Shown one piece after another: positions 29,615 through 36,877 of a DNA stretch of 64,000 nucleotides (its first letter is position 1; the number at the start of each line of letters is the position of its first letter). The notes beneath the pieces are model-generated. The model saw only the letters and a program-made list of their open reading frames with translations. It searched no databases and was not told the origin of the DNA. Origin of the DNA: Phycisphaerales bacterium (GTDB lineage Bacteria > Planctomycetota > Phycisphaerae > Tepidisphaerales > Tepidisphaeraceae); contig JADLBV010000048.1 of assembly GCA_020847545.1 (NCBI GenBank), positions 83 through 64,082 on the forward strand, given 5' to 3'. The position numbers and the translations under genes are program-made.

Positions 29615-29864
29615 TGCTCCAAACCCTGTTCCATGCTTGACTAGATAAAAAATGGTTCAATTCAATTCGACAATCGGAAAATCCCAAGATTCAATAATAG
29701 ATTACGAATTGCACAATCAGGCCATATCTACTTATGTATAAATAACTTAAGATCGATTGAATAAAATTTCCCAAGAAAATAACCACATCAGGATAAATTT
29801 TTACAAATTACGGCCAAAAGTGAACATTTCACACGATTTTGTTCACCCGTCCATCAAATCGCAT

Positions 29865-29892
29865 TGTGGATAACTCAAAAAGCGGTGGATAA
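29865..29892. promoter_or_regulatory. DnaA-box pair (right): perfect TGTGGATAA plus GGTGGATAA
   Basis: Perfect box at 29865-29873 inside the same 12-mer TTGTGGATAACT as the left box. A one-mismatch copy lies at 29884-29892. Flanked by the 10-bp inverted repeat ATTTCACACG/CGTGTGAAAT. Confidence 0.55.
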
Positions 29893-30088
29893 CGGAACGT
29901 GTGAAATTTTACTATTTTTTGTTGCCATAAGCGTCCCGTGGTATTCTTTACCGCTCAAATTTCGATTTGCTCCCGTCGCACGCGGGGCTTATCCGTTCGG
30001 GAAGGACTCGACACGGAAATGTGGGTGCAAAGAAATGGCCGGGCTACCAAGGCGGTTGTTCGGTCCATCGCCGGAAAGGAGTGGCTGT

Positions 30089-30307
30089 ATGGCCACGGGT
30101 AAAGTCAAGTGGTTTAACGAACAGAAGGGATTCGGGTTTATTTCAGCTGAACAAAATGGCACGGATGTGTTTGTTCACCACACGGTCATCGAAGGTGATG
30201 GGTTTCGCACCCTCGCCGATGGGGAGATGGTGGAATACGAGGCCGATGAAGGTCCCAAGGGGTGGAAAGCCACCCGCGTTCGGCGCACCGTCGCGGCCGA
30301 GGCCTGA
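30089..30307 (+). CDS. cspA: Cold-shock protein (CspA family)
   Basis: MATGKVKWFNEQKGFGFI (RNP1) and DVFVHH (RNP2). GGAAAGGAG precedes ATG 30089. The annotated ORF start at 29864 is an artefactual extension. Confidence 0.95.
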   Translation: MATGKVKWFNEQKGFGFISAEQNGTDVFVHHTVIEGDGFRTLADGEMVEYEADEGPKGWKATRVRRTVAAEA

Positions 30308-30334
30308 TCTCCTTCATCTGATCCAATTCGATAC

Positions 30335-30368
30335 ACCGATGGTCGGTTGGCCATCGGTTTTTATTTTT
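30335..30368 (+). terminator. Rho-independent terminator of cspA
   Basis: ACCGATGG-loop-CCATCGGT stem followed by TTTTTATTTTT. Overlaps the rsmA stop on the other strand. Confidence 0.6.
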
Positions 30369-31212
30369 CCCGTTCCCTGATGGCGAGATAGATCCGCCAG
30401 AAGTCATTGGGGGATAAATTTTCCGGGCGGACATTTCCATCCAGTTTCAATTCGAGCAGAATCGTGTCTGCCTGCTCCACAATCGTAGCCAACGTTTTTC
30501 GCACCATTTTTCGACGTGCACAAAAAAGTTGATGAACGAAATGTCCAAATGGTCCGGAATGGTCCCCCAGTTGATCTTCCGCCACCATCCGCACCAATGC
30601 GGAATCAATTTTAGGTGCCGGCCAGAAGACCTGCGGCGGGATCGTCCGCAAAACCTCCACCCGCGACAACATCTGCGCCATGACCGACAACGGGCCATAT
30701 TCATCCGTGTCTGTTTTGGCCTCCAGTCGCTGTGCGACCTCTTTTTGTACGGTGAAAATCAGTTCCGATACCCCGGCCCGCAGCAACTCGATCACCAGCG
30801 GCGAGGCGATGTTATAGGGCAGGTTGGCCACCAATTTGACCTTTTTGCCGTCAACGCGGGCCGGGTGTATGGCCGCCAGCAGTTCCTCATTAATCGCATG
30901 TTTGCCCGCCAACGCATCGCCGACGATCAGTTGGAATCCAGGATGTTCCGCAAACCGGTCATTTAACATTGCCGCCAGATCGCGGTCGATCTCCACCGCC
31001 ACCACCCGGCCGGCGGCGGCCAATAATTCCTCGGTCAATGTTCCGGTTCCGGGGCCGATCTCGATGACCAGATCATCGGCCGATAATCGGGCTGTTTCAG
31101 CGATCAACCTCACAAAATTGGCGTCGATCATGAAATTCTGGCCGAATCGGTGTCGCGGCTGGGCGTTGGCCGAGGCGAGAATCTGTTGTATATCGTGTTT
31201 GGTCTGAGCCAT
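30361..31212 (-). CDS. rsmA: 16S rRNA (adenine1518/1519-N6)-dimethyltransferase
   Basis: RFGQNFMID, IEIGPGTGTLTEEL and NLPYNI motifs. Confidence 0.93.
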   Translation of the reverse strand: MAQTKHDIQQILASANAQPRHRFGQNFMIDANFVRLIAETARLSADDLVIEIGPGTGTLTEELLAAAGRVVAVEIDRDLAAMLNDRFAEHPGFQLIVGDALAGKHAINEELLAAIHPARVDGKKVKLVANLPYNIASPLVIELLRAGVSELIFTVQKEVAQRLEAKTDTDEYGPLSVMAQMLSRVEVLRTIPPQVFWPAPKIDSALVRMVAEDQLGDHSGPFGHFVHQLFCARRKMVRKTLATIVEQADTILLELKLDGNVRPENLSPNDFWRIYLAIREREK

Positions 31213-31307
31213 TGAGCCGCCAATGTTAATCGATTGCCGTTTGGCCGATAGTGTTCAATAGGAAAGGCGCGTATCATGGCGCACAAACACAAGAGGTAAA
31301 TGACATT

Positions 31308-32318
31308 ATGGCCAAGCACACGATTGTTGTAATTCCGGGGGATGGCATCGGGCCGGAGGTAATCGGCGCCGCCCGGCGGGTGATGGAGGCGGCGGGGTTG
31401 AGCGTGGATTGGGTGGAATTACCCGCCGGCGCCACCGCCATCGAGCAAGGATTTGAAAACGTACTGCCGGCCCGCACGTTGGCCGCCATTACGGCACATA
31501 AAGTCGCCATCAAAGGCCCGGTCACCACGCCGGTGGGCAAGGGTTTCACTTCCGTCAACGTACAGTTACGCAAGAAATTGAATCTCTACGCCGCCGTCCG
31601 CCCGGTGCGCAGTCTGCCGGGGGTCAAGACGTTGTATGACAATGTGAACATGATCATCATCCGCGAGAACACCGAAGGGTTGTACAGCGGAATCGAAAAT
31701 GAGGTCATCCCAGGCGTCGTCACCAGTTTGAAAGTGGCCACCGAATTGGCCTGCACGCGGATCGCACGGTTCGCGTTTCGATATGCCACCAAGCAGCATC
31801 GCAAAAAAATCACGGTTTTCCACAAGGCCAACATCATGAAGATGACCGATGGCCTTTTCCTGAATTGCGCACGGCGGATATATGAAGATGAATATCCGAA
31901 CATCGAATATGAGGAGACGATCATCGACGCCGGGTGCATGAAGATCGTGCAGGACCCCACCCGCATCGACGTGCTGTTGATGGAAAATCTGTATGGGGAC
32001 GTGGTTTCGGACCTGTGCGCGGGGCTGGTGGGCGGGCTGGGCGTGGTTCCGGGGTCCAACATCGGCGATGAGGCGGCGGTTTTTGAGGCCGTTCATGGCT
32101 CGGCGCCGGACATCGCCGGCAAGGGTGTGGCCAACCCGCTGGCGTGCATCATGAGCGGCGTCATGATGCTGCGGCATATTCATGAAGATGCGATCGCGCA
32201 ACGCATCGAAAAGGCGTATGATGAAGTTTTGGCGGAGGGTAAAAACCTCACCCGCGATCTTGGCGGAAATGCCGGGACCAATCAGTTTACCGATGCGGTG
32301 ATCGCCAGGTTGAAGTAA
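31308..32318 (+). CDS. Isocitrate/isopropylmalate dehydrogenase family enzyme, most like NAD-dependent isocitrate dehydrogenase
   Basis: IPGDGIGPEV, NLYAAVRPV, IIRENTEGLYSG, KANIMKMTDGLF and NLYGDVVSD. AAGAGG lies upstream of ATG 31308. Confidence 0.85.
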   Translation: MAKHTIVVIPGDGIGPEVIGAARRVMEAAGLSVDWVELPAGATAIEQGFENVLPARTLAAITAHKVAIKGPVTTPVGKGFTSVNVQLRKKLNLYAAVRPVRSLPGVKTLYDNVNMIIIRENTEGLYSGIENEVIPGVVTSLKVATELACTRIARFAFRYATKQHRKKITVFHKANIMKMTDGLFLNCARRIYEDEYPNIEYEETIIDAGCMKIVQDPTRIDVLLMENLYGDVVSDLCAGLVGGLGVVPGSNIGDEAAVFEAVHGSAPDIAGKGVANPLACIMSGVMMLRHIHEDAIAQRIEKAYDEVLAEGKNLTRDLGGNAGTNQFTDAVIARLK

Positions 32319-33242
32319 TCAGTTGTCCAACCGCCATTGTTCGCCGACTTGCCGGATGATGATTCGACCTTCATCGCGGCCGGCCGCCGTGAGGAGCCGT
32401 TCCAGGGGTTCGTTCATCGGCTCGTGGCTGAGGCGGAATGTGCTGTGGTGCATGGGGAGGATGTGCGCCGCGCGGGCATGGTTGGCCATTGTCCAGGCCT
32501 GTTCTGGTGTGGCGTGGGCGGCGATGTATGGATCATACGCCCCGATTCCGACGATCCCCAGGTCCACCTTTTCCAAGTCACGGTAACGGTCATGGTAGGC
32601 GCTGTCCCCCCCATATAAAACCCGTCGATGATCAGTTTCGATCAGGTAGGCGTTGTAGCCGCGATGGCAATCCGTAAAGGTCCGCGCGCCCCAGTGGTTG
32701 GCCTCGATGGCGGTGATACGCAACGGACCAAGTTGGAGGCGTTCGCCCCATTGCATTTCGGTGGCCCGTCGAAAGCCCAAATCCCGAATCAGGTCCATCG
32801 TGTGGTGCGCGGTGATGACGGGGACGTTTTTGGGCAATTGGGTCAATGTCGGCCGATCCAGATGATCGAAATGGGCGTGTGATATTAAAATCAGGTCCAG
32901 CGGGGGTAATTCCCGCACCCCCAGCGCCGGCGCCACCAGTCGACGCGGGCCGCCGGTCAGCAAACCCAGCCCCACCCCCACGCGATTGACCATGACCGGG
33001 TCGGTTAAAATCGTCATCTCGCCGATACGAAGCAATATGGTCGCGTGGCCGATCCAGATGGCCCCCAGTTGCTGGTCGTGCCAGCGAGTCAAATCAGGCC
33101 GGCGCGGCGCGGGGACGGGCGCGTTGAGTTGGTCCAATAGTCGCAACCTTCCACGCCCCCGCCCCAGCCAGTCGGCCGCGCGCAGGGGGAGCGGATATTT
33201 TTTGGCCCAATCGGTGAATCGTCGCCAGTCCACTTTTTTCAT
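32319..33242 (-). CDS. MBL-fold metallo-hydrolase (NAPE-PLD/COG2220-like)
   Basis: WIGHATILL ... ILISHAHFDHLD motif. ATG 33242 forms an ATGA overlap with the upstream EEP gene. The longer ORF to 33533 is rejected. Confidence 0.8.
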   Translation of the reverse strand: MKKVDWRRFTDWAKKYPLPLRAADWLGRGRGRLRLLDQLNAPVPAPRRPDLTRWHDQQLGAIWIGHATILLRIGEMTILTDPVMVNRVGVGLGLLTGGPRRLVAPALGVRELPPLDLILISHAHFDHLDRPTLTQLPKNVPVITAHHTMDLIRDLGFRRATEMQWGERLQLGPLRITAIEANHWGARTFTDCHRGYNAYLIETDHRRVLYGGDSAYHDRYRDLEKVDLGIVGIGAYDPYIAAHATPEQAWTMANHARAAHILPMHHSTFRLSHEPMNEPLERLLTAAGRDEGRIIIRQVGEQWRLDN

Positions 33243-34000
33243 GTCAGACCGATGATTTCGACGCCGACCGGAAAATGATCGCCGGCATATTTTGCCAGTC
33301 GATCCTGTTCGATCCAGGCGGATTGGATTGTATGGCGCTCGATGCCGCGAAGGAAAATATAATCGACGCGCTGGCCGGGAAATTGGGTCGAAAACGTGCC
33401 CGCTGATTGGGCCGATGCCAAATCGAATGCTTCTAGTGAATCGATAAAACCATGATCGAGAATGGATTGAATCACCCGGCGCGGAAGTAACCCGCCATTG
33501 GCATCCCACGCGTTGCGGGTGCTGGGTTTGCACAGGCTTGGATCAATTTGCTGAATCGGTGAGTTGCTGTTGAAGTCACCCATTAAAACCTGCACGGCCG
33601 GGCGGTTGTCGATGAGCGAAAAGATCAAATCCAATTCCTCCTGCCGACGATCTTCATCGGCTTCGGTGGCGTAGGGGTGCAGATGGGTCAACACGATCTC
33701 AACCGGTGTTTGCCCGACCCGCACGCCAACTTGCAACAACCCGCGGGACAACTTGGGTTGGTTTGGCGCGTGATTGATCGTCTCGACAATCGGATGGCGA
33801 CTTAAAATGGCCAGTGCGTGCATGTTGCCGGCCGCCCAGACCCAATCCATCCCCAGCCGATGGGCGATTCGCCTGACCACCGCCTCATCATCCGCCTCCA
33901 CCAATCCCACCAGATCAGGTCGCTGCGCTTCAATAACCTCGGCCAATGGATCCGCCCGGCCAAGGCCTCCGTCCAATATGTTGTAACTCACGATCCGCAT
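33239..34000 (-). CDS. Endonuclease/exonuclease/phosphatase (EEP) family protein
   Basis: MRIVSYNIL..., GDFNS and C-terminal GDHFPV, typical of the EEP fold. Confidence 0.8.
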   Translation of the reverse strand: MRIVSYNILDGGLGRADPLAEVIEAQRPDLVGLVEADDEAVVRRIAHRLGMDWVWAAGNMHALAILSRHPIVETINHAPNQPKLSRGLLQVGVRVGQTPVEIVLTHLHPYATEADEDRRQEELDLIFSLIDNRPAVQVLMGDFNSNSPIQQIDPSLCKPSTRNAWDANGGLLPRRVIQSILDHGFIDSLEAFDLASAQSAGTFSTQFPGQRVDYIFLRGIERHTIQSAWIEQDRLAKYAGDHFPVGVEIIGLT

Positions 34001-34033
34001 TGATTTTACGCCATATTCACCATTATTTTATCG

Positions 34034-34056
34034 GACATGACAAAATTTGTCGTGTC
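34034..34056. promoter_or_regulatory. 23-bp near-perfect palindrome, candidate operator in the divergent EEP / MshEN-like promoter region
   Basis: GACATGACAAA-A-TTTGTCGTGTC: 11-bp arms, one mismatch, one central base. Confidence 0.35.
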
Positions 34057-34143
34057 GATTTGCCGCACCGCGACATTCAATCGTACCTTTGGATGTCGGC
34101 GCTGTCATCGCCGTCAGTTGAGTGGGAAGGGAAGGAGAAAAAA

Positions 34144-34593
34144 ATGCGGATTGGCCAGATATTATCGCAAATGGCGAATTGGACCCATCACGAGCTGGAG
34201 GAGATTTTATACGAGCAGACCCACACGCGCCAGCGGTTTGGGGATATCGCGGTGGCGCTGGGGTATTGTGACGCGGATCAGGTTCGACAGGCGTCAGTTG
34301 CTCAATTGGCGGCCCGAACCCAAAAGGTGGATTTGCGACGGCTCGGCGTTGATGCGCAGGCGTTGTCCTTTTTGCCCTATTCACTGGCGCTGCGATTTCA
34401 TGCCATACCGATTCGCATAAGCGAGGATCAGTTGATTGTCGCCACGGACATGCCGGCCGACCATCCCGGCCGGGGGATATTGCAAAATCGCATCGCTCAA
34501 CCCGTGCGGTTTGTGCTTGCTGATGCCCAACAAATCCGCGAGTCTATCGAACAGTATTACGCCCCACTTTGTGCCTGTGGATCATCCGCGTGA
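34144..34593 (+). CDS. Stand-alone T2SSE_N / MshEN-like domain protein (putative c-di-GMP receptor)
   Basis: Two tandem 24-residue R-x-G...Q segments (residues 2-25 and 31-54) separated by 5 residues. The second half is GspE-N1-like (LPYSLALRFHAIPIRISEDQLIVATDMP). GGAAGGAG precedes ATG 34144. Confidence 0.68.
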   Translation: MRIGQILSQMANWTHHELEEILYEQTHTRQRFGDIAVALGYCDADQVRQASVAQLAARTQKVDLRRLGVDAQALSFLPYSLALRFHAIPIRISEDQLIVATDMPADHPGRGILQNRIAQPVRFVLADAQQIRESIEQYYAPLCACGSSA

Positions 34594-34604
34594 GTGGACT
34601 TTTG

Positions 34605-35330
34605 TTACCTGGAGGCGGAGGCGTGCAATTCGCGGGCGATGGGAACCGTCACCACCTGCGAGCCAAGAGAGCGGATTCGCCCCGCGAGGGCTTGTTGCTG
34701 GGCGATAATCTCGCGGTTGACCGATCCGATGGCACGGTCGTCGGCGCGGTAAATGTCGCCGGTCAAAGTGCGTGCGATGGCCGATTCAACAAACTGAATC
34801 CGCGAATTTTCCTGCCATTGCGCCCGCACCACCACCGCCACGCCCCCTTCGCTGAATGACAAAAGCCCCCAACGCGGCGGCAGGTCTTTTTTCTGGACGA
34901 TGCCGGCCGGGGCCAGCACATAATGCAGATTGGCCATCGGTTGCATTAAACAGGCATCGAATTTCCCCAACCCGACCGATTGGCGCAACCTGCGGCGGGA
35001 TTTTTTGCGCCGACGATTGCCCGAACGTTCCATCAAACACAGCGACAACTGCCCATCCTTGCTCAGGTCGCGCAGAAAATCGCTCCGTGATGCCTTGCAT
35101 TCGATAAAACAGACCTGCGGCAGGTCACGTCCGCAAAACAGATAATTGTGATAGGGCCTGAATACCCCCGTCCCCACCGAGTCGATGATCCCCAACGGCG
35201 GAACCCGCACCTCGGCGGCGATGCACCGATACCCCATGCGGTACAACCACCGGCATGCCTCTTTTTTCAACGTCTTGTGCAGGTCGGTCTCGCCCGGCAT
35301 GGCACTCCTTTGCCGTTGCATCCGTATCAA
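34605..35330 (-). CDS. MmcB-like PD-(D/E)XK nuclease-fold protein
   Basis: AEVRV ... IIDSVG ... VCFIECKASRSDFLRD is collinear with the E...D...E-x-K core I recall for MmcB/DUF1052. A basic insert (RRRKKSRRR) precedes the C-terminal half. Confidence 0.5.
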   Translation of the reverse strand: MIRMQRQRSAMPGETDLHKTLKKEACRWLYRMGYRCIAAEVRVPPLGIIDSVGTGVFRPYHNYLFCGRDLPQVCFIECKASRSDFLRDLSKDGQLSLCLMERSGNRRRKKSRRRLRQSVGLGKFDACLMQPMANLHYVLAPAGIVQKKDLPPRWGLLSFSEGGVAVVVRAQWQENSRIQFVESAIARTLTGDIYRADDRAIGSVNREIIAQQQALAGRIRSLGSQVVTVPIARELHASASR

Positions 35331-35339
35331 TCTTGTACA

Positions 35340-35810
35340 CTACACCAATGCCTCCACGGCCTTGCGGCTGTGCGCATCCATTTCATTCAGTGGCGGCATT
35401 TCATAAATGTTCCCATCCGCATCCCGCAGCGTAAAGCGCCCATCAGGCAAAAAGCGGATGTCCTCACGTTCCTGCACCCGAAATTGCGCCTCCCCCCTGT
35501 CTGTCAACACATCCCACTGCTGATACCCAAACCGCAGATTGACCGAATTGATTCGGCTGATTCGCGGAATGAAACTGTTCTGCCGCAGATATTGATCGAT
35601 CAATTGTTTGGTCTCATCCGGAAGCCGGGACGAATCCTCAATCAGAAGCAATTCCTTCCCATCGGCGCTGCGAACGCTGATGAATTGATCCGGCATGGAC
35701 CACGGAAACGCCCGCCGAAGCCGCACATCCGCCACATCCTCCATGCCCGGACGATGTAGCAGCAGTAGGCCCTTGGGATTGATGGACAATGAAAACAGTT
35801 CGGCAATCAT
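35340..35810 (-). CDS. DUF1854 family protein
   Basis: RLRRAFPWS..., DGKELLLIED, FIPRISRINSV, WDVLTDRGEAQF, DIRFL and DADGNIYEMP..MD..S match the DUF1854 pattern from memory. Confidence 0.65.
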   Translation of the reverse strand: MIAELFSLSINPKGLLLLHRPGMEDVADVRLRRAFPWSMPDQFISVRSADGKELLLIEDSSRLPDETKQLIDQYLRQNSFIPRISRINSVNLRFGYQQWDVLTDRGEAQFRVQEREDIRFLPDGRFTLRDADGNIYEMPPLNEMDAHSRKAVEALV

Positions 35811-36058
35811 GATACTCCCCCACTGACCGGCGGGATGATCGCCACTTCATCCTGTTCCTCCAGCCGTGTGGCGCGAGAAACGTAGTTGTGGTTGACCGCA
35901 AAGGCGGCTCGCTGCAGAAACTGGCTGATGGCGGGAAATTGGCGTGCCGTCTCCGTCGCCACATCCTCCACCGTTGACCCGGCCGGCAAATCCAGCTTCA
36001 GAGCAGATATTCCGGCACGGTCGCGCACAATGGCGAATAATTTCACGTTGATCTTCAT
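35807..36058 (-). CDS. MoaD/ThiS-family ubiquitin-fold sulfur-carrier protein with GG-VS C-terminus
   Basis: MKINVKLFAIVRD...VNHNYVSRATRLEEQDEVAIIPPVSGG followed by VS and a stop. ATGA overlaps at both ends. Confidence 0.78.
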   Translation of the reverse strand: MKINVKLFAIVRDRAGISALKLDLPAGSTVEDVATETARQFPAISQFLQRAAFAVNHNYVSRATRLEEQDEVAIIPPVSGGVS

Positions 36059-36630
36059 GCCAGTCTGACCGTCCATTCCAATCCATTGCCCACCGCGACT
36101 TCCACGCTGCCGGCATCCTTCAACGACCGGACGAATTGGACATATTGTGATAATTCCGACTTGTGGGTCGTCGCGTTGTCCACCAGGATTGAGCCGCCGA
36201 TCCGCAACTTTGGCCAGATCAGGTCGAAGTAATCGCGTGTGCCTTTTTTGTCGGCGTCGATGAAGGCCAGATCGATGCCAGCTGGCAAATCCGCAAGAAT
36301 CCGCCGTGCATCGCCCAGATGATTGGTGATGACATCGCTCAAACCAGCCTGTGCGAAGGTCTGTTTGGATGACTCGTATTTCTTTGTCTCGCGGTCGATG
36401 GTGTGCAGGTGGCCGCCGGTCCGCCGCATGGCCGCGCCCCAGAACAGCCCGCTGAAACCGTAGCTGGTGCCGACTTCAACGATCCGTTTCGCCCCGGTGG
36501 CTAATGCGATCTGATACAACAACTCCCCTTCGGCCCGCGGCACCTGCCAGGCATCATCCCGCTGCTTGCCCAGCGCATCCAGTTCATCGATCAGTTTCAG
36601 AATGGTTGATGGAATCATGTTGCCACACAT
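36055..36630 (-). CDS. Class I SAM-dependent O-methyltransferase (family 3, YrrM/TrmR/caffeoyl-CoA OMT-like)
   Basis: RIVEVGTSYGFSGLFW SAM motif, LAFIDADK and GGSILVDN. Confidence 0.82.
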   Translation of the reverse strand: MCGNMIPSTILKLIDELDALGKQRDDAWQVPRAEGELLYQIALATGAKRIVEVGTSYGFSGLFWGAAMRRTGGHLHTIDRETKKYESSKQTFAQAGLSDVITNHLGDARRILADLPAGIDLAFIDADKKGTRDYFDLIWPKLRIGGSILVDNATTHKSELSQYVQFVRSLKDAGSVEVAVGNGLEWTVRLA

Positions 36631-36639
36631 TAAACCACA

Positions 36640-36861
36640 CTATCGCCCATTGAACCACCGCCAAATCCACAATAGGCCGGTCAATAAAATCGACAGGACA
36701 ATGCAGGTCACAATCGGAAAGTAAAATCGCCCGTGTTCCCCCTCGATGCGAATGTCACCCAGAAGTCCCTGAAATCCGCTTCGTCCCAACCCCCAGACGA
36801 CCACCCCCACCACCGCCAGCACCACCCCCGTCACCATCAACCATTTGCCCAGTTCCGCCAT
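36640..36861 (-). CDS. DUF2905 small membrane protein
   Basis: Two TM helices around LLGDIRIEGEHGRFYFPIVTCIVLSILLT, the pattern I recall for DUF2905. Confidence 0.65.
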   Translation of the reverse strand: MAELGKWLMVTGVVLAVVGVVVWGLGRSGFQGLLGDIRIEGEHGRFYFPIVTCIVLSILLTGLLWIWRWFNGR

Positions 36862-36877
36862 GGCCGATTGTATCCCC

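Noticed and set aside
29864-30088. N-terminal 75-aa extension of the csp ORF (ORF-track start at 29864)
   Set aside because: Csp proteins are about 70 aa. A strong GGAAAGGAG SD precedes ATG 30089. The extension runs through the AT-rich, DnaA-box region.
35807-36630. Reading the MoaD-like gene as part of a molybdopterin biosynthesis operon
   Set aside because: No moaE, moaA/C, moeB or mog genes are in the window, and the neighbours are unrelated families. The GG-VS end is also atypical.
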